Shown here: one piece after another, positions 1-9,816 of the stretch
Numbering within the stretch: position 1 is the stretch's first letter
How the letters are laid out: each line of letters starts with the position of its first letter
Assembly: GCA_045126815.1 (NCBI GenBank)
Contig: JBGVPD010000075.1
Coordinates: forward strand, 1 to 63,786
Origin: Eubacteriales bacterium
Lineage (GTDB): Bacteria; Bacillota; Clostridia; Oscillospirales; CAG-272
DNA length: 63,786 nucleotides
Reading direction: 5' to 3'
The notes under the pieces: model-generated
Told to the model about the DNA's origin: nothing
Database searches by the model: none
Seen by the model: the letters and a program-made list of their open reading frames with translations, nothing else
Translations under genes and position numbers: made by a program

Positions 1-839
1 CAAACGGACATACGTCATCAAGAAATACTACTGCAAATATTGATATCGTTACAAAAAAAGAACAGAACGGCATTGATATCCACATAAAATCAGGCACAAA
101 GAACGAAAGTGTTCACATACCCGTTGTTATAAGCGAGACAGGTATTGACGAGACGGTTTATAACGATTTTTATATAGGTGATGACTGTGACGTTGTTATA
201 GTTGCAGGTTGCGGTATTCACAACAGCGGCGAATACGATTCAAAACATAACGGTATTCACAGATTTTTTGTAGGTAAAAATTCAAAAATTAAATACGTAG
301 AAAAACATTACGGCGAGGGTGACGGTAACGGAAAGCGCATTATGAATCCCGGAACTGAAGTTTATCAAGAAGAAAACAGTACTGTTGAAATGGAAATGGT
401 ACAGATCAAGGGTGTCGACTCAACCGTTAGAAAGACTACGGCGACACTTAAGGCCGGTGCGAAGTTACTTGTAAGAGAAAGACTTATGACACATGGTAAC
501 CAGACGGCTGTAAGTGATTATATTACAGAGCTTAACGGTGACGATTCGGGTGTTGATATAGTTTCACGTTCTGTTGCAAAGGACAGTTCTTATCAAAAAT
601 TCGACTCAAAGATCATAGGAAACTGCGCTTGTAACGGTCATACCGAGTGCGATGCGATCATTATGGATAATGCAAAGGTCGTTGCAGTTCCTGCTCTTGA
701 AGCGAACTCGATAGATGCTATGCTCGTTCATGAAGCTGCGATCGGTAAAATTGCAGGAGAACAACTTATAAAGCTTATGTCATTAGGTTTATCCGAAGCT
801 GAAGCAGAAGAACAGATCATAGGCGGATTTCTTAAATAA
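1..839 (+). CDS. SufB/SufD-family Fe-S cluster assembly protein, C-terminal part (5' end lies outside the window)
   Basis: Frame 3 is open from base 3 to the TAA at 837-839. The tail LVHEAAIGKIAGEQLIKLMSLGLSEAEAEEQIIGGFLK matches the conserved SufB/SufD C-terminus. Confidence 0.75.
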   Translation, partial: NGHTSSRNTTANIDIVTKKEQNGIDIHIKSGTKNESVHIPVVISETGIDETVYNDFYIGDDCDVVIVAGCGIHNSGEYDSKHNGIHRFFVGKNSKIKYVEKHYGEGDGNGKRIMNPGTEVYQEENSTVEMEMVQIKGVDSTVRKTTATLKAGAKLLVRERLMTHGNQTAVSDYITELNGDDSGVDIVSRSVAKDSSYQKFDSKIIGNCACNGHTECDAIIMDNAKVVAVPALEANSIDAMLVHEAAIGKIAGEQLIKLMSLGLSEAEAEEQIIGGFLK

Positions 840-847
840 TAATACTT

Positions 848-892
848 AATAATCTGTTGTAAAGTCTTTTTACAACAGATTATTGTATTTTT
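848..892 (+). terminator. Rho-independent terminator after the suf gene
   Basis: 16-bp stem AATAATCTGTTGTAAA / TTTACAACAGATTATT with a short loop, followed by GTATTTTTC. Confidence 0.8.
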
Positions 893-933
893 CTTCACTT
901 TTTTGTTAATGATAAATACAGAGAGGTGATAAA

Positions 934-1020
934 ATGTTAGAATCAATAGCAGGTATGTTTTTTGGCGGTTTGGTAGGTGTTGTAACGATGTGTATTTTTC
1001 AGATAAACAATCACAGGTGA
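934..1020 (+). CDS. Small hydrophobic peptide, 28 aa (MLESIAGMFFGGLVGVVTMCIFQINNHR), DUF3789-like; too short for the ORF track
   Basis: Strong RBS GAGAGGTGA lies 5 nt before the ATG at 934. It has a single TM-like segment with a GxxxG-type motif and the VVTMC signature I associate with DUF3789 peptides. Confidence 0.45.
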   Translation: MLESIAGMFFGGLVGVVTMCIFQINNHR

Positions 1021-1038
1021 TTTATAAAAATACTTTTA

Positions 1039-1067
1039 TTGACTTAATATAAAAAACATACTATAAT
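1039..1067 (+). promoter_or_regulatory. Sigma-A promoter for cca
   Basis: TTGACT (1039-1044), 17-nt spacer, TATAAT (1062-1067). Confidence 0.6.
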
Positions 1068-1103
1068 ATCTATGTAAAAGTATTTTTTGGAGTGTGCGTT
1101 GTT

Positions 1104-2270
1104 TTGTTTAAGATTTCTAAAGAGGCGGAAACTGTTTTAAATTTGCTTGAGGAAAATGATTTTGAAGCATATCTTGTAGGTGGATGTGTCAGAGATTTTA
1201 TTTTAGACCGTCCTTGTAATGATTACGATATAACCACAAGTGCATTTCCTGAAGAAATAAAAGAGGTTTTTAAAGAGTATAAGACCGTTGATACCGGTAT
1301 TTCTCACGGAACTGTAACAGTTATTGTAAACAGGCAGCCGTTTGAGGTTACGACTTATAGAATTGACGGAGAATATATAGACAACAGACACCCCGAAAAA
1401 GTTTTATTTTCACGTAATTTAGAGGATGATTTAAAACGGCGAGACTTTACAGTTAATGCTATGGCATACAATAAGCAGTTGGTTGATTTATACGGTGGCA
1501 TTAACGACCTAAAAAATAAAGTTATAAGATGCGTTGGGGATGCTGATACTCGTTTTAAAGAAGACGGTTTAAGAATTATAAGAGCTTTGAGGTTTTCATC
1601 TGTGTTAGGATTTGAAATAGAAGAAAGTACATCAGATGCGATTATTAGAAACCGAGATTTATTAAATAACATTTCACCCGAACGAATTTTTGACGAACTG
1701 AAAAAGTTGTTGTGCGGTAAGAATGTTAAAAGTGTAATTCAAAAATATAATGCTGTTTTTGAGACGATTTTTACGGGTAAAGAATTTAATAAAAGAGCCG
1801 AATATATTGAAAAATGTACAAGTGATCACGATATAAGGTTTGCATCGCTGTTTTTATATAATCCCCATTATAAAACAGATTATAAATTTTTAAGACCGGA
1901 TAATCAATCGTATAAAAGAGTTATATCGTTAATTGAAAATTTTGATATTGATATTTATCCAAATAAGGTAGACCTTAAAAAGAAAATTTCTAAATACGGT
2001 GTTGATTTTATAAGTGATATTATTGAGCTGAAAGGCGCAGAAGGACATTCAGTTGCTGATATTAAAGAGACTTTTCATAGTATCATAAACGGAAATGAAT
2101 GTTATACACTAAAATCACTTAACGTAAACGGTGACGATATAAAAAGTCTGGGGTTAAGCGGTAACGAAATAGGGCTTTACCTAAATGATTGTTTGGAAAA
2201 AGTGATTGAAGAAAAAATAAAAAACAATAAAGAAAATTTATTAGATTATGTTAAGGAGAAAATAAAATGA
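1104..2270 (+). CDS. cca: CCA-adding tRNA nucleotidyltransferase
   Basis: Poly(A) polymerase head-domain motif LVGGCVRDFILDRPCNDYDITT plus RRDFTVNAM. The track starts at GTG 1092, which lies inside the GGAG RBS; TTG 1104 (MFKISKEAE...) has better spacing. Confidence 0.85.
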   Translation: MFKISKEAETVLNLLEENDFEAYLVGGCVRDFILDRPCNDYDITTSAFPEEIKEVFKEYKTVDTGISHGTVTVIVNRQPFEVTTYRIDGEYIDNRHPEKVLFSRNLEDDLKRRDFTVNAMAYNKQLVDLYGGINDLKNKVIRCVGDADTRFKEDGLRIIRALRFSSVLGFEIEESTSDAIIRNRDLLNNISPERIFDELKKLLCGKNVKSVIQKYNAVFETIFTGKEFNKRAEYIEKCTSDHDIRFASLFLYNPHYKTDYKFLRPDNQSYKRVISLIENFDIDIYPNKVDLKKKISKYGVDFISDIIELKGAEGHSVADIKETFHSIINGNECYTLKSLNVNGDDIKSLGLSGNEIGLYLNDCLEKVIEEKIKNNKENLLDYVKEKIK

Positions 2271-3025
2271 ATATTGCTGTAATAACCGGCGCATCGTCGG
2301 GACTCGGAATCGAATATTTGAAAACTATTTGCGAAAGATATAGCGATATACAACAGTATTGGATCGTTGCAAGACGAAAAGAGAGACTTTTGGAGATCGT
2401 AAATACATATCCCGATAAGAATATTGTGCCTATCTGTCTTGATCTACAGGAGTATGATTCTTATAGAGAGTTTGAGGATTTATTGAAGAAAGCTAATGCT
2501 AACATCAAGATACTTGTTAATAACGCAGGATACGGCGTTTTAGGCGACGTTTATGACGCTGACTATATCAAACAGTCCGGAATGGTAGATTTGAATTGCA
2601 GAGGCCTTACAGCTCTTACAACGATAGCTTTAAAATATATGACCGAAGGAAGCTTTATTGTTAACGTGTGCTCGATAGCTTCATTTTGTCCTAATGCACG
2701 TATGACTGTTTACAGTTCAACTAAAGCTTATGTAAACAGTTTTTCAAGGGGCGTTCGTTTTGAGAACAAAAAAAGAGGTATTAACGTGTTAGCTGTATGT
2801 CCAGGCCCTATGGATACAGAATTTTTGTGTGTTGCGGGAATTAACGGTAATTCAAAAACTTTTGACACTTTACCGTATTGTAAACCCGAAAAGGTTGCTC
2901 GTAAATCAATTATATATGCAGAAAAGGGAAGAGCTATCTACACTCCTACAGCTTTCTATAAGTTTTATCGTGTGCTTTCAAAAATTCTTCCAAAAAGTTT
3001 GCTTATGTATTTAACAAGAACATAA
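2267..3025 (+). CDS. SDR-family NAD(P)-dependent oxidoreductase
   Basis: TGASSGLG cofactor motif and YSSTKAY catalytic motif. ATGA overlap with the cca stop; RBS AGGAG. Confidence 0.85.
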   Translation: MNIAVITGASSGLGIEYLKTICERYSDIQQYWIVARRKERLLEIVNTYPDKNIVPICLDLQEYDSYREFEDLLKKANANIKILVNNAGYGVLGDVYDADYIKQSGMVDLNCRGLTALTTIALKYMTEGSFIVNVCSIASFCPNARMTVYSSTKAYVNSFSRGVRFENKKRGINVLAVCPGPMDTEFLCVAGINGNSKTFDTLPYCKPEKVARKSIIYAEKGRAIYTPTAFYKFYRVLSKILPKSLLMYLTRT

Positions 3026-3027
3026 AT

Positions 3028-3064
3028 AAAAACTCCCTAGTTTTTTTAAACGAGGGAGTTTTTT
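3028..3064. terminator. Bidirectional terminator between the SDR gene and the P-type ATPase gene
   Basis: AACTCCCT / AGGGAGTT stem flanked by an A-run and a T-run. Confidence 0.8.
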
Positions 3065-3066
3065 AA

Positions 3067-5709
3067 TTACTTATTTTTGTTTTTTGCGATTGAACGCTGT
3101 ACGAACTTTACAATTTCAACGATGGGAATGATTGAGAACGCAAGGCCGAGAGCTATAAGATATTCAGTCATACCTATTGTTTCAAACTTAAATGCAGTTG
3201 CGAGGAAGGGAATTTCGATAACGCACGTTGTGAGTACAAGAGCTATTATCATAGCGCCCCAGAGGAAGAAGTTGTGGGTATTCATTTTGAATATTGAGCC
3301 ACGCTGTGAACGCATATTCATTGAGTGGAAGATCTCTGCCATACTCATAGCTAAAAACGACATTGTTACACCGTGTGAGCTCGGGTTTGTTCCCCATATA
3401 CCAAACTGGATCTTGTGACCAATCAAGTAAGCTGATAAAGTTATTAATGAAACCAGGATACCTTGATAGAGAAGGTCAAGTCCAAGTCCGCCTGCAAAAA
3501 TGCCATCTTTTGAATCTCTTGGCTTTCTGCTCATCAAATCTTTTTCGCCTTTTTCCATACCGAGAGCAAGTGCGGGAAGACTGTCGGTGATGAGGTTTAT
3601 CCAGAGAATGTGTATAGGTTCGAGTATTGTGAAACCTAATACGGTAGCCGCAAATACTGAGAATACTTCACTCAAGTTAGAAGAGAGAAGGAACTGAATA
3701 GCTTTACGTATATTGTCGTATATTCTTCTGCCTTCTTCTACTGCTGATACGATCGTTGCAAAGTTATCGTCTGCAAGAATCATATCTGCAACGTTTTTGG
3801 TTACGTCGGTGCCTGTGATACCCATACCGATACCGATATCTGCACTCTTAATTGAGGGGGCGTCGTTAACGCCGTCGCCTGTCATGGCAGTAACCATGCC
3901 TCTTTCTTTCCAAGCCTTAACAATTCTTGTTTTATGTTCGGGTTGAACTCTTGCGTATACAGAGTAGTTTTGAATTGTGTTATATAATTCCTCGTCGCTT
4001 ATCTTGTTAAGTTCAGCGCCTGTGATAGCCTGTGATGCATCTGAAATTATATTGAGTTCTTTTGCTATTGCTACGGCAGTATCTTTGTGGTCGCCGGTGA
4101 TCATTATAGGTCTTATAGATGCTTTTTTACATTGTTCAATAGCAACTTTTACTTCGGGACGGACAGGGTCGATCATTCCGACCAATCCAATGAAAGTAAG
4201 GTCTTTTTCGAGATCTGAAGGTTCAAACGAAGAGGGAACAGAGTCGTATGTTTTATAAGATGCAGCAAGTACACGTAAAGCTCTGTCTGCTTTTGCTTTA
4301 TTTTCTGCCATTATCTTTGAACGAACGTCATCGGTTAACGGGAGAACCGTTCCACCGGAAATATACGTTGTACAAGCTTTCAAAATTTCGTCGGGAGCGC
4401 CCTTTGTGTACTGAATGATCTTTCCGTTTTCGTTGTGAACGGTAGACATCATTTTTCTTCCTGAATCAAAAGGAGCTTCACCTATACGGGGACTGTTTTT
4501 CTTAAGATCGTTTTTATTAAGAGCGCATTGGTATGCGAAATCAACAAGCGCACATTCCGTAGGCTCACCAATTGCTTTGTTGTCTGTATCAAGTTCAGCG
4601 TCAGAACAAAGAGCCATAGCAGTTGCGAGTAAAATTTTATCTTCCGAAAAATGTTCGGTAACGGTCATTTTGTTCTGTGTCAACGTACCTGTTTTGTCTG
4701 AACAGATTATCTGTGTACAACCCAAAGTCTCAACTGCTGTTAATTTGCGTATAACAGCATTTCTTTTGCTCATTTTTGTAACGCCGATTGAAAGAACGAT
4801 AGTTACAACCGTAGCGAGACCTTCAGGGATAGCTGCAACAGCAAGACTAATTGCAACCATAAATGTGTCAAGCATACCGTCAAGGGTATACGCTTTATTT
4901 ACAATAACCTGGAAAGCAAATATAAATACACAAATAGCTATTACAACGTATGTTAATACTTTACTTAACTGTGAAAGCTTGATCTGCAAGGGTGTCTGTT
5001 CATTTTGAGCTTGTGCAAGAGCATCGGCAATCTTGCCCATTTCCGTATCCATACCTGTAGCTACAACGATAGCAGTGCCTCTTCCGTAGACTATGGTAGA
5101 ACCCATATAAACCATATTCTTTCTGTCACCGAGAGGAACGTCGTCGTTGTTTCCGTTATCAAGTACGTCAATATTCTTGTTAACGGGAACAGATTCACCT
5201 GTCAATGCAGCTTCTTCTGCCTTGATTGATGCGCATTCAATAAGACGGGCATCTGCAGGAACAGCATCGCCTGCTTCGAGAACGATTATATCACCGACAA
5301 CAAGCTCTTCGCTCTTAACGTGAACGAGCTGTCCGTCTCTTATAACCTTTGATGTTGCGGCTGTCATTTCTTTTAGTGCATCAATGGCTTTTTCTGCTTT
5401 GCTTTCTTGCACAACACCGAGAACCGAGTTAAGAATAACAACAAAAAGAATAATAAAAACATCGGTAGGCGGTTCATGTTCAAGAACAGCAACTACTGCT
5501 GAAATTGCGGCTGCGACCAAAAGAATAATTATCATAGGGTCAGCCAACTGTTTAAGAAAACGTTGAATAATCGTTTCTTTTTTTGCTTCAACCAATTTGT
5601 TTTTTCCATACTTTTCAATTCTTTTTTGCGCTTCGGAGGCGGATAGACCTTTTTCCGAAGAAGCAAAATGTTCGAAAACTGCGGAAATAGGGTTTAAATA
5701 AGCTTTCAT
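3067..5709 (-). CDS. Cation-translocating P-type ATPase (Ca2+/Mn2+ type, P2A-like), catalytically intact
   Basis: 880 aa carrying all signatures: TGES, PEGL, ICSDKTGTLT, KGAPD, TGD, TGDGVNDAP. About 10 TM segments. Confidence 0.95.
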   Translation of the reverse strand: MKAYLNPISAVFEHFASSEKGLSASEAQKRIEKYGKNKLVEAKKETIIQRFLKQLADPMIIILLVAAAISAVVAVLEHEPPTDVFIILFVVILNSVLGVVQESKAEKAIDALKEMTAATSKVIRDGQLVHVKSEELVVGDIIVLEAGDAVPADARLIECASIKAEEAALTGESVPVNKNIDVLDNGNNDDVPLGDRKNMVYMGSTIVYGRGTAIVVATGMDTEMGKIADALAQAQNEQTPLQIKLSQLSKVLTYVVIAICVFIFAFQVIVNKAYTLDGMLDTFMVAISLAVAAIPEGLATVVTIVLSIGVTKMSKRNAVIRKLTAVETLGCTQIICSDKTGTLTQNKMTVTEHFSEDKILLATAMALCSDAELDTDNKAIGEPTECALVDFAYQCALNKNDLKKNSPRIGEAPFDSGRKMMSTVHNENGKIIQYTKGAPDEILKACTTYISGGTVLPLTDDVRSKIMAENKAKADRALRVLAASYKTYDSVPSSFEPSDLEKDLTFIGLVGMIDPVRPEVKVAIEQCKKASIRPIMITGDHKDTAVAIAKELNIISDASQAITGAELNKISDEELYNTIQNYSVYARVQPEHKTRIVKAWKERGMVTAMTGDGVNDAPSIKSADIGIGMGITGTDVTKNVADMILADDNFATIVSAVEEGRRIYDNIRKAIQFLLSSNLSEVFSVFAATVLGFTILEPIHILWINLITDSLPALALGMEKGEKDLMSRKPRDSKDGIFAGGLGLDLLYQGILVSLITLSAYLIGHKIQFGIWGTNPSSHGVTMSFLAMSMAEIFHSMNMRSQRGSIFKMNTHNFFLWGAMIIALVLTTCVIEIPFLATAFKFETIGMTEYLIALGLAFSIIPIVEIVKFVQRSIAKNKNK

Positions 5710-5744
5710 TTTCTTCTCCTTATAAAAATGTAAAATTATTTTGT

Positions 5745-5884
5745 ATTAAAAAAAGACTTAATACAGCAAAGTTAGCCGTAAAAGTCTTGCAAGATACGAA
5801 AGTATAAACTGACCGAATCCATAAAATGAATCGTCTTGACGACCAGTTAACGCATATTGTTATGCATTTGCTACTCCCTTTTAC
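5745..5884 (-). promoter_or_regulatory. yybP-ykoY (Mn2+) riboswitch with terminator expression platform
   Basis: The minus strand reads GUAAAAGGGAGUAGC...GGUCGUCAA...UAUACUUUCGUAUCUUGCAAGACUUUUAC. This matches the conserved GGGGAGUAG, GUCGUCAA and AGCAAGACC blocks, and P1 is GUAAAAG/CUUUUAC. The 3' P1 strand overlaps the terminator AAGACUU...AAGUCUU + U7, giving ON-switch logic. Confidence 0.8.
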
Positions 5885-5890
5885 AACCTT

Positions 5891-5919
5891 ATTTTATCAC
5901 GATTGGAATTTACTGTCAA
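5891..5919 (-). promoter_or_regulatory. Sigma-A promoter driving the riboswitch and ATPase
   Basis: Minus strand: TTGACA, 17-nt spacer, TAAAAT with an extended TG. Confidence 0.7.
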
Positions 5920-5971
5920 GATATTTTGTATAAATAAATACATATTATTATTTGTTGTAAATTATCAATTC

Positions 5972-6000
5972 TTGACAATCAATTCCGTCGGATGTATAAT
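5972..6000 (+). promoter_or_regulatory. Consensus sigma-A promoter for the THUMP methyltransferase/topB/dut block
   Basis: TTGACA (5972-5977), 17-nt spacer, TATAAT (5995-6000). Confidence 0.75.
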
Positions 6001-6029
6001 TTGTATATCACAAGTGTTTGGAGAAACTT

Positions 6030-7160
6030 ATGGATAATATGTTTGAATTTGTCGCCACTTGTTTGTTTGGTCTTGAAAAACTTTTAGGCGAACAAATAGA
6101 TGAATTGGGATATAAAAGAATAGAAACTATCGACGGCAGAGTGACCTTCAAGGGTGATTTTACTGTCTTTTCAAGATGTAATATAAATTTTAGATATGCC
6201 GAAAGATTGTATTTGAAGTTGGGAAGTTTCACTTCAACGACTTTTACTGAACTTTTTGACAGTGTTAAATTATTGCCATGGGAAGATTGGATCGGTAAAG
6301 CTGATGAATTTCCGGTAAAAGGACATTCCATAAAATCAAAACTATTTTCGGTTCCTGATTGCCAGAAAATAATAAAAAAAGCAGTTGTTGAACGTCTTAA
6401 AGATAAATATAATATTAATTGGTTTGATGAAACCGGTATAAAAAAGCAAATAGAGTTTTTTATATTTAACGATATTGCAACTTTGATGATCGATATTTCA
6501 GGTGTTCCGTTGCACAAAAGAGGTTATAGAGCCTTGTCGGGCGGCGCTCCTTTGAGAGAAACTTTAGCTGCAGCTATGGCTAAAATCTCTAGACCGCGAG
6601 AAGACGTTTTGTTTTGGGATCCTTTTTGCGGATCTGCAACAATACCGATCGAAGCGGCTCTCATTATGACGAATACAGCACCAAATATCAATAATAGATT
6701 TATATCCGAAGAGTTTGAAAATGTACCTAAGGATATTTGGATAAATGCACGTGAAGAGGCTTTGTCAAATATAAAACACGATACTTCATTTAAAGTTTAT
6801 GCAAGTGATATTGATCCTACGGTGCTCAAAATTGCCGAGGGAAATATAAAAAAATCGGGAATGGATAAATATATAAAATGTTTTGAGATGAATGCTCTTG
6901 ATATAAAAACTGACGGGATGAAGGGAACTGTTGTTTGCAATCCCCCGTACGGAGAACGTTTATCTGATGCTGATAGTGTATTTAAGCTTTATTCTGAAAT
7001 GGGGAAAGCATTTCGAAATCTTGACAGATGGCAGATATATATTTTGACCAACGATGAAGAGTTTGAGAGAAAATACGGAAGAAGAGCAGATAAGATAAGA
7101 AGATTGTACAACGGTATGATACGTTGTAATTATTATCAATTTTTTAAAACAAAATTCTGA
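6030..7160 (+). CDS. THUMP-domain class I SAM-dependent RNA methyltransferase (RlmL/YpsC-like, COG0116)
   Basis: NPPYGERL catalytic motif and DPFCGSATI SAM motif. ATG 6030 is preceded by GGAG; the track start at 6018 is a TTG. Confidence 0.85.
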   Translation: MDNMFEFVATCLFGLEKLLGEQIDELGYKRIETIDGRVTFKGDFTVFSRCNINFRYAERLYLKLGSFTSTTFTELFDSVKLLPWEDWIGKADEFPVKGHSIKSKLFSVPDCQKIIKKAVVERLKDKYNINWFDETGIKKQIEFFIFNDIATLMIDISGVPLHKRGYRALSGGAPLRETLAAAMAKISRPREDVLFWDPFCGSATIPIEAALIMTNTAPNINNRFISEEFENVPKDIWINAREEALSNIKHDTSFKVYASDIDPTVLKIAEGNIKKSGMDKYIKCFEMNALDIKTDGMKGTVVCNPPYGERLSDADSVFKLYSEMGKAFRNLDRWQIYILTNDEEFERKYGRRADKIRRLYNGMIRCNYYQFFKTKF

Positions 7161-7173
7161 CAGAGGTATAAAA

Positions 7174-9267
7174 TTGAAACTAATTATAGCCGAAAAACCA
7201 AGTCTTGGCAGAAATATAGCCTCGGCGATCGGTTCAATGAAAAACAAAAACGGTTACTATGAGGGAGACGAATATATAGTTACTTGGGCATTTGGACATT
7301 TGTTTTCACTCGCTGATATAGAAGACTATACCCCTCTTCCTGAAGGGCAAAAACATTGGAGTTTGGATAATATCCCTTGTTTCCCTGAAGAGTTTCGTTT
7401 TGTTTTAAAAAGAGGCGCTGACAAGACAGTTGATGCAGGTGTTGAAAAACAGTTTAATACAATTAAATATTTATGCAACAGACCTGACGTTGATACCATA
7501 ATTAATGCAGGAGACTCGGACAGAGAGGGAGAAATTATTATTAGAACGTGTATCAATAAAGCTCTTGAGTCCAAAAAAACACTCCAAAGGCTTTGGATGC
7601 CCGATCAGACGCATCAGACTATAATGGAAGGTCTTATTATCCCTAAAGACGAATCTGAGTATGATAATTTGGCAAAAGAGGGATTTGCTAGAACGTATAT
7701 AGACTGGCTATACGGTGTAAATTTAACCAGATACGCAACGTTAAAAAGCGGTACGCTTCTTCGGGTCGGCAGGGTAATCGTCCCTATCGTAAAAGCTATA
7801 TATGACAGAGATATGGCAATAAGAAATTTCGTTCCCGAAAAGTATTATTCTATTCAAAGTTGTGAAGTTACAAATGGAGAAGAAGTCGAGCTTATCAGTA
7901 AAGAAAAATTTTCTAAAGATAAGTTTTTATCAGCAGAAGAGTTGTGTAGGAAATATAATTCTTCTGAAGCTACCGTCCTCTCGGTAAAAAAGAAACTTGA
8001 AACAGTTTCTCCCGGTAAACTTTTTTCTCTGACAAAACTTCAAAATTTTCTTGGCAAAAAATACAAAATGCCAATGGAAACAAGTTTAGCTATCTTGCAA
8101 AAACTGTACGAAGAGGGATACGTTACGTACCCGAGAACGAACTCGGAGTATCTTGCGTCTGCTGAAAAAGACAAGGTAAGAAATTTGCTTGAAGTAGTTT
8201 CTAAAATGGGATACCCCGTTACTTTTAAAGATAAGAAAACTATATTTGACGATAAAAAGATCGAGTCGCATTCAGCTCTTACTCCCACTTATAAAATTCC
8301 TGATAAAAACAGACTTACCGAAAGTGAGATGCAGGTCTATTCAGCTGTATTTAGAAGGTTTGTTGCTGTTTTTTGTTCCGAAGAATGTTTGGTAAACAGA
8401 TCAGAAATAAAAATTTCAGTAGGAGGATACGAAGAATTTACACTTAAAGGTGTAAGTATGCTTGAAAAAGGCTGGACGAAGTATGATGATTATACTAAAA
8501 AAGATAAAATGCTTCCTCCCTTAAAGACGGGGGACATTGTAAATATTGATTTTAAACCTGTTGAAAAAGAATCGTCTCCTCCAAAACATTATACGATAGA
8601 AACTTTGAATAATTATTTAAAAAATCCTTTTAAGGATGATAAGAATAATGCAGAGAATGAGAGTGATGAAGAAGAGTATAGAGCTATTTTTGAAGGACTT
8701 GAGCTTGGTACTGAGGCGACAAGAACGGGAATTATAGATAACGCAAGAAAAAGCGAGTATATACAGCTAAAAAAAGACGTATATACTATCTTACCGGGCG
8801 GAGAGTATTTGATCGAATCTCTTTCGATGATGGGAATAAGTATGGATAAGTACAAAACTTCCGAACTCGGAAAAGCGCTGAAAAAGGTGTTCAGAAGCGA
8901 GATGACAGTTGAAGAAAGCGTTGAACTTGCAAAGAATGAGATTGCCGAAGTTTTTTCAAAAAAAGAATACGCATTACAAGATGATATTGATTACGGTTAC
9001 TTCGGTGATTACGTTGGCAAATGTCCCTTATGCGGTTCAGACGTTGTTAGAACTCGTTTCGGATACGGATGCAAAGGATATAAGACAAACGATTGCAAGT
9101 TCTCTATAGGATTAAAGATATGTTCACGTGTAATCTCACTTGAAAATGCGCGAAAACTTTTAAGCGACGGCGAAACTCATAAAATTAACGGATTTGTATC
9201 AAAAAACAATAAGAATTTTGATGCTATCCTTTATTTAGAAGACGGAAAAGTAAAATTTAAATTTTAA
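7174..9267 (+). CDS. topB: DNA topoisomerase III
   Basis: Toprim start KLIIAEKPS and DSDREGE, active-site region EGYVTYPRTNS, C-terminal Cys4 zinc ribbons. TTG start with RBS AGAGGT. Confidence 0.9.
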   Translation: MKLIIAEKPSLGRNIASAIGSMKNKNGYYEGDEYIVTWAFGHLFSLADIEDYTPLPEGQKHWSLDNIPCFPEEFRFVLKRGADKTVDAGVEKQFNTIKYLCNRPDVDTIINAGDSDREGEIIIRTCINKALESKKTLQRLWMPDQTHQTIMEGLIIPKDESEYDNLAKEGFARTYIDWLYGVNLTRYATLKSGTLLRVGRVIVPIVKAIYDRDMAIRNFVPEKYYSIQSCEVTNGEEVELISKEKFSKDKFLSAEELCRKYNSSEATVLSVKKKLETVSPGKLFSLTKLQNFLGKKYKMPMETSLAILQKLYEEGYVTYPRTNSEYLASAEKDKVRNLLEVVSKMGYPVTFKDKKTIFDDKKIESHSALTPTYKIPDKNRLTESEMQVYSAVFRRFVAVFCSEECLVNRSEIKISVGGYEEFTLKGVSMLEKGWTKYDDYTKKDKMLPPLKTGDIVNIDFKPVEKESSPPKHYTIETLNNYLKNPFKDDKNNAENESDEEEYRAIFEGLELGTEATRTGIIDNARKSEYIQLKKDVYTILPGGEYLIESLSMMGISMDKYKTSELGKALKKVFRSEMTVEESVELAKNEIAEVFSKKEYALQDDIDYGYFGDYVGKCPLCGSDVVRTRFGYGCKGYKTNDCKFSIGLKICSRVISLENARKLLSDGETHKINGFVSKNNKNFDAILYLEDGKVKFKF

Positions 9268-9293
9268 GAAAACGTTATTGAAAGGATGATATT

Positions 9294-9731
9294 ATGAAAG
9301 TAAATATTAAAAAACTTGACGAGAGAGCTGTTATACCTACATACGGAACTGAATTTTCTGCAGGTGCAGATCTATACGCGTTGTGCGAAAGCGATATAAC
9401 TATAAATTCAGGAGAGACAGTTTTGGTTCATACGGGTATTTCCGTTGAAGTTCCCGAAGGTTATGCGGGATTGATCTATGCCAGAAGCGGTCTGGCAAGC
9501 AAAAAAGGACTTGCCCCCGCCAACAAAGTAGGTGTTGTTGACTCTGATTACAGGGGAGAGGTAATGGTTGCGCTTCATAATCACGGCAGTCAGCCTCAAG
9601 TAATTTCAAACGGCGAGAGAATAGCGCAGTTTGTTATAGCTCCGTTTTTGAAAGCAGAGTTTGTTTTATCTGATACTCTTACTGAAACTGTACGAGGTCA
9701 GGGTGGATTCGGTTCAACAGGAACTAAATAA
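9294..9731 (+). CDS. dut: dUTP diphosphatase
   Basis: 145 aa with GVVDSDYRGE and GGFGSTG motifs. Confidence 0.95.
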   Translation: MKVNIKKLDERAVIPTYGTEFSAGADLYALCESDITINSGETVLVHTGISVEVPEGYAGLIYARSGLASKKGLAPANKVGVVDSDYRGEVMVALHNHGSQPQVISNGERIAQFVIAPFLKAEFVLSDTLTETVRGQGGFGSTGTK

Positions 9732-9733
9732 TA

Positions 9734-9767
9734 AGAGAGTCGGCAGTAAGTTGTCCACCAACTCTCT
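9734..9767 (+). repeat. Palindromic-arm intergenic repeat, copy 1 of 3 (AGAGAGT-N20-ACTCTCT)
   Basis: AGAGAGTcggcagtaagttgtccaccAACTCTCT begins 3 nt after the dut stop. Arms and loop ends match copies at 37857 and 57761. Confidence 0.6.
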
Positions 9768-9788
9768 ATTGTCTTTAAAATAACAATG

Positions 9789-9816
9789 AGCTGTGTATGG
9801 TTTAGAATACACAGCT
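9789..9816 (-). terminator. Terminator hairpin for feoB (overlaps its last codons)
   Basis: AGCTGTGTAT / ATACACAGCT stem, followed on the minus strand by the T-rich CATTGTTATTTT. Confidence 0.6.

Noticed and set aside
6008-6517. 169-aa ORF antisense to the THUMP methyltransferase gene
   Set aside because: It lies entirely inside a well-supported sense CDS. It has low-complexity composition, no RBS and no recognisable motif, so it is a shadow ORF.
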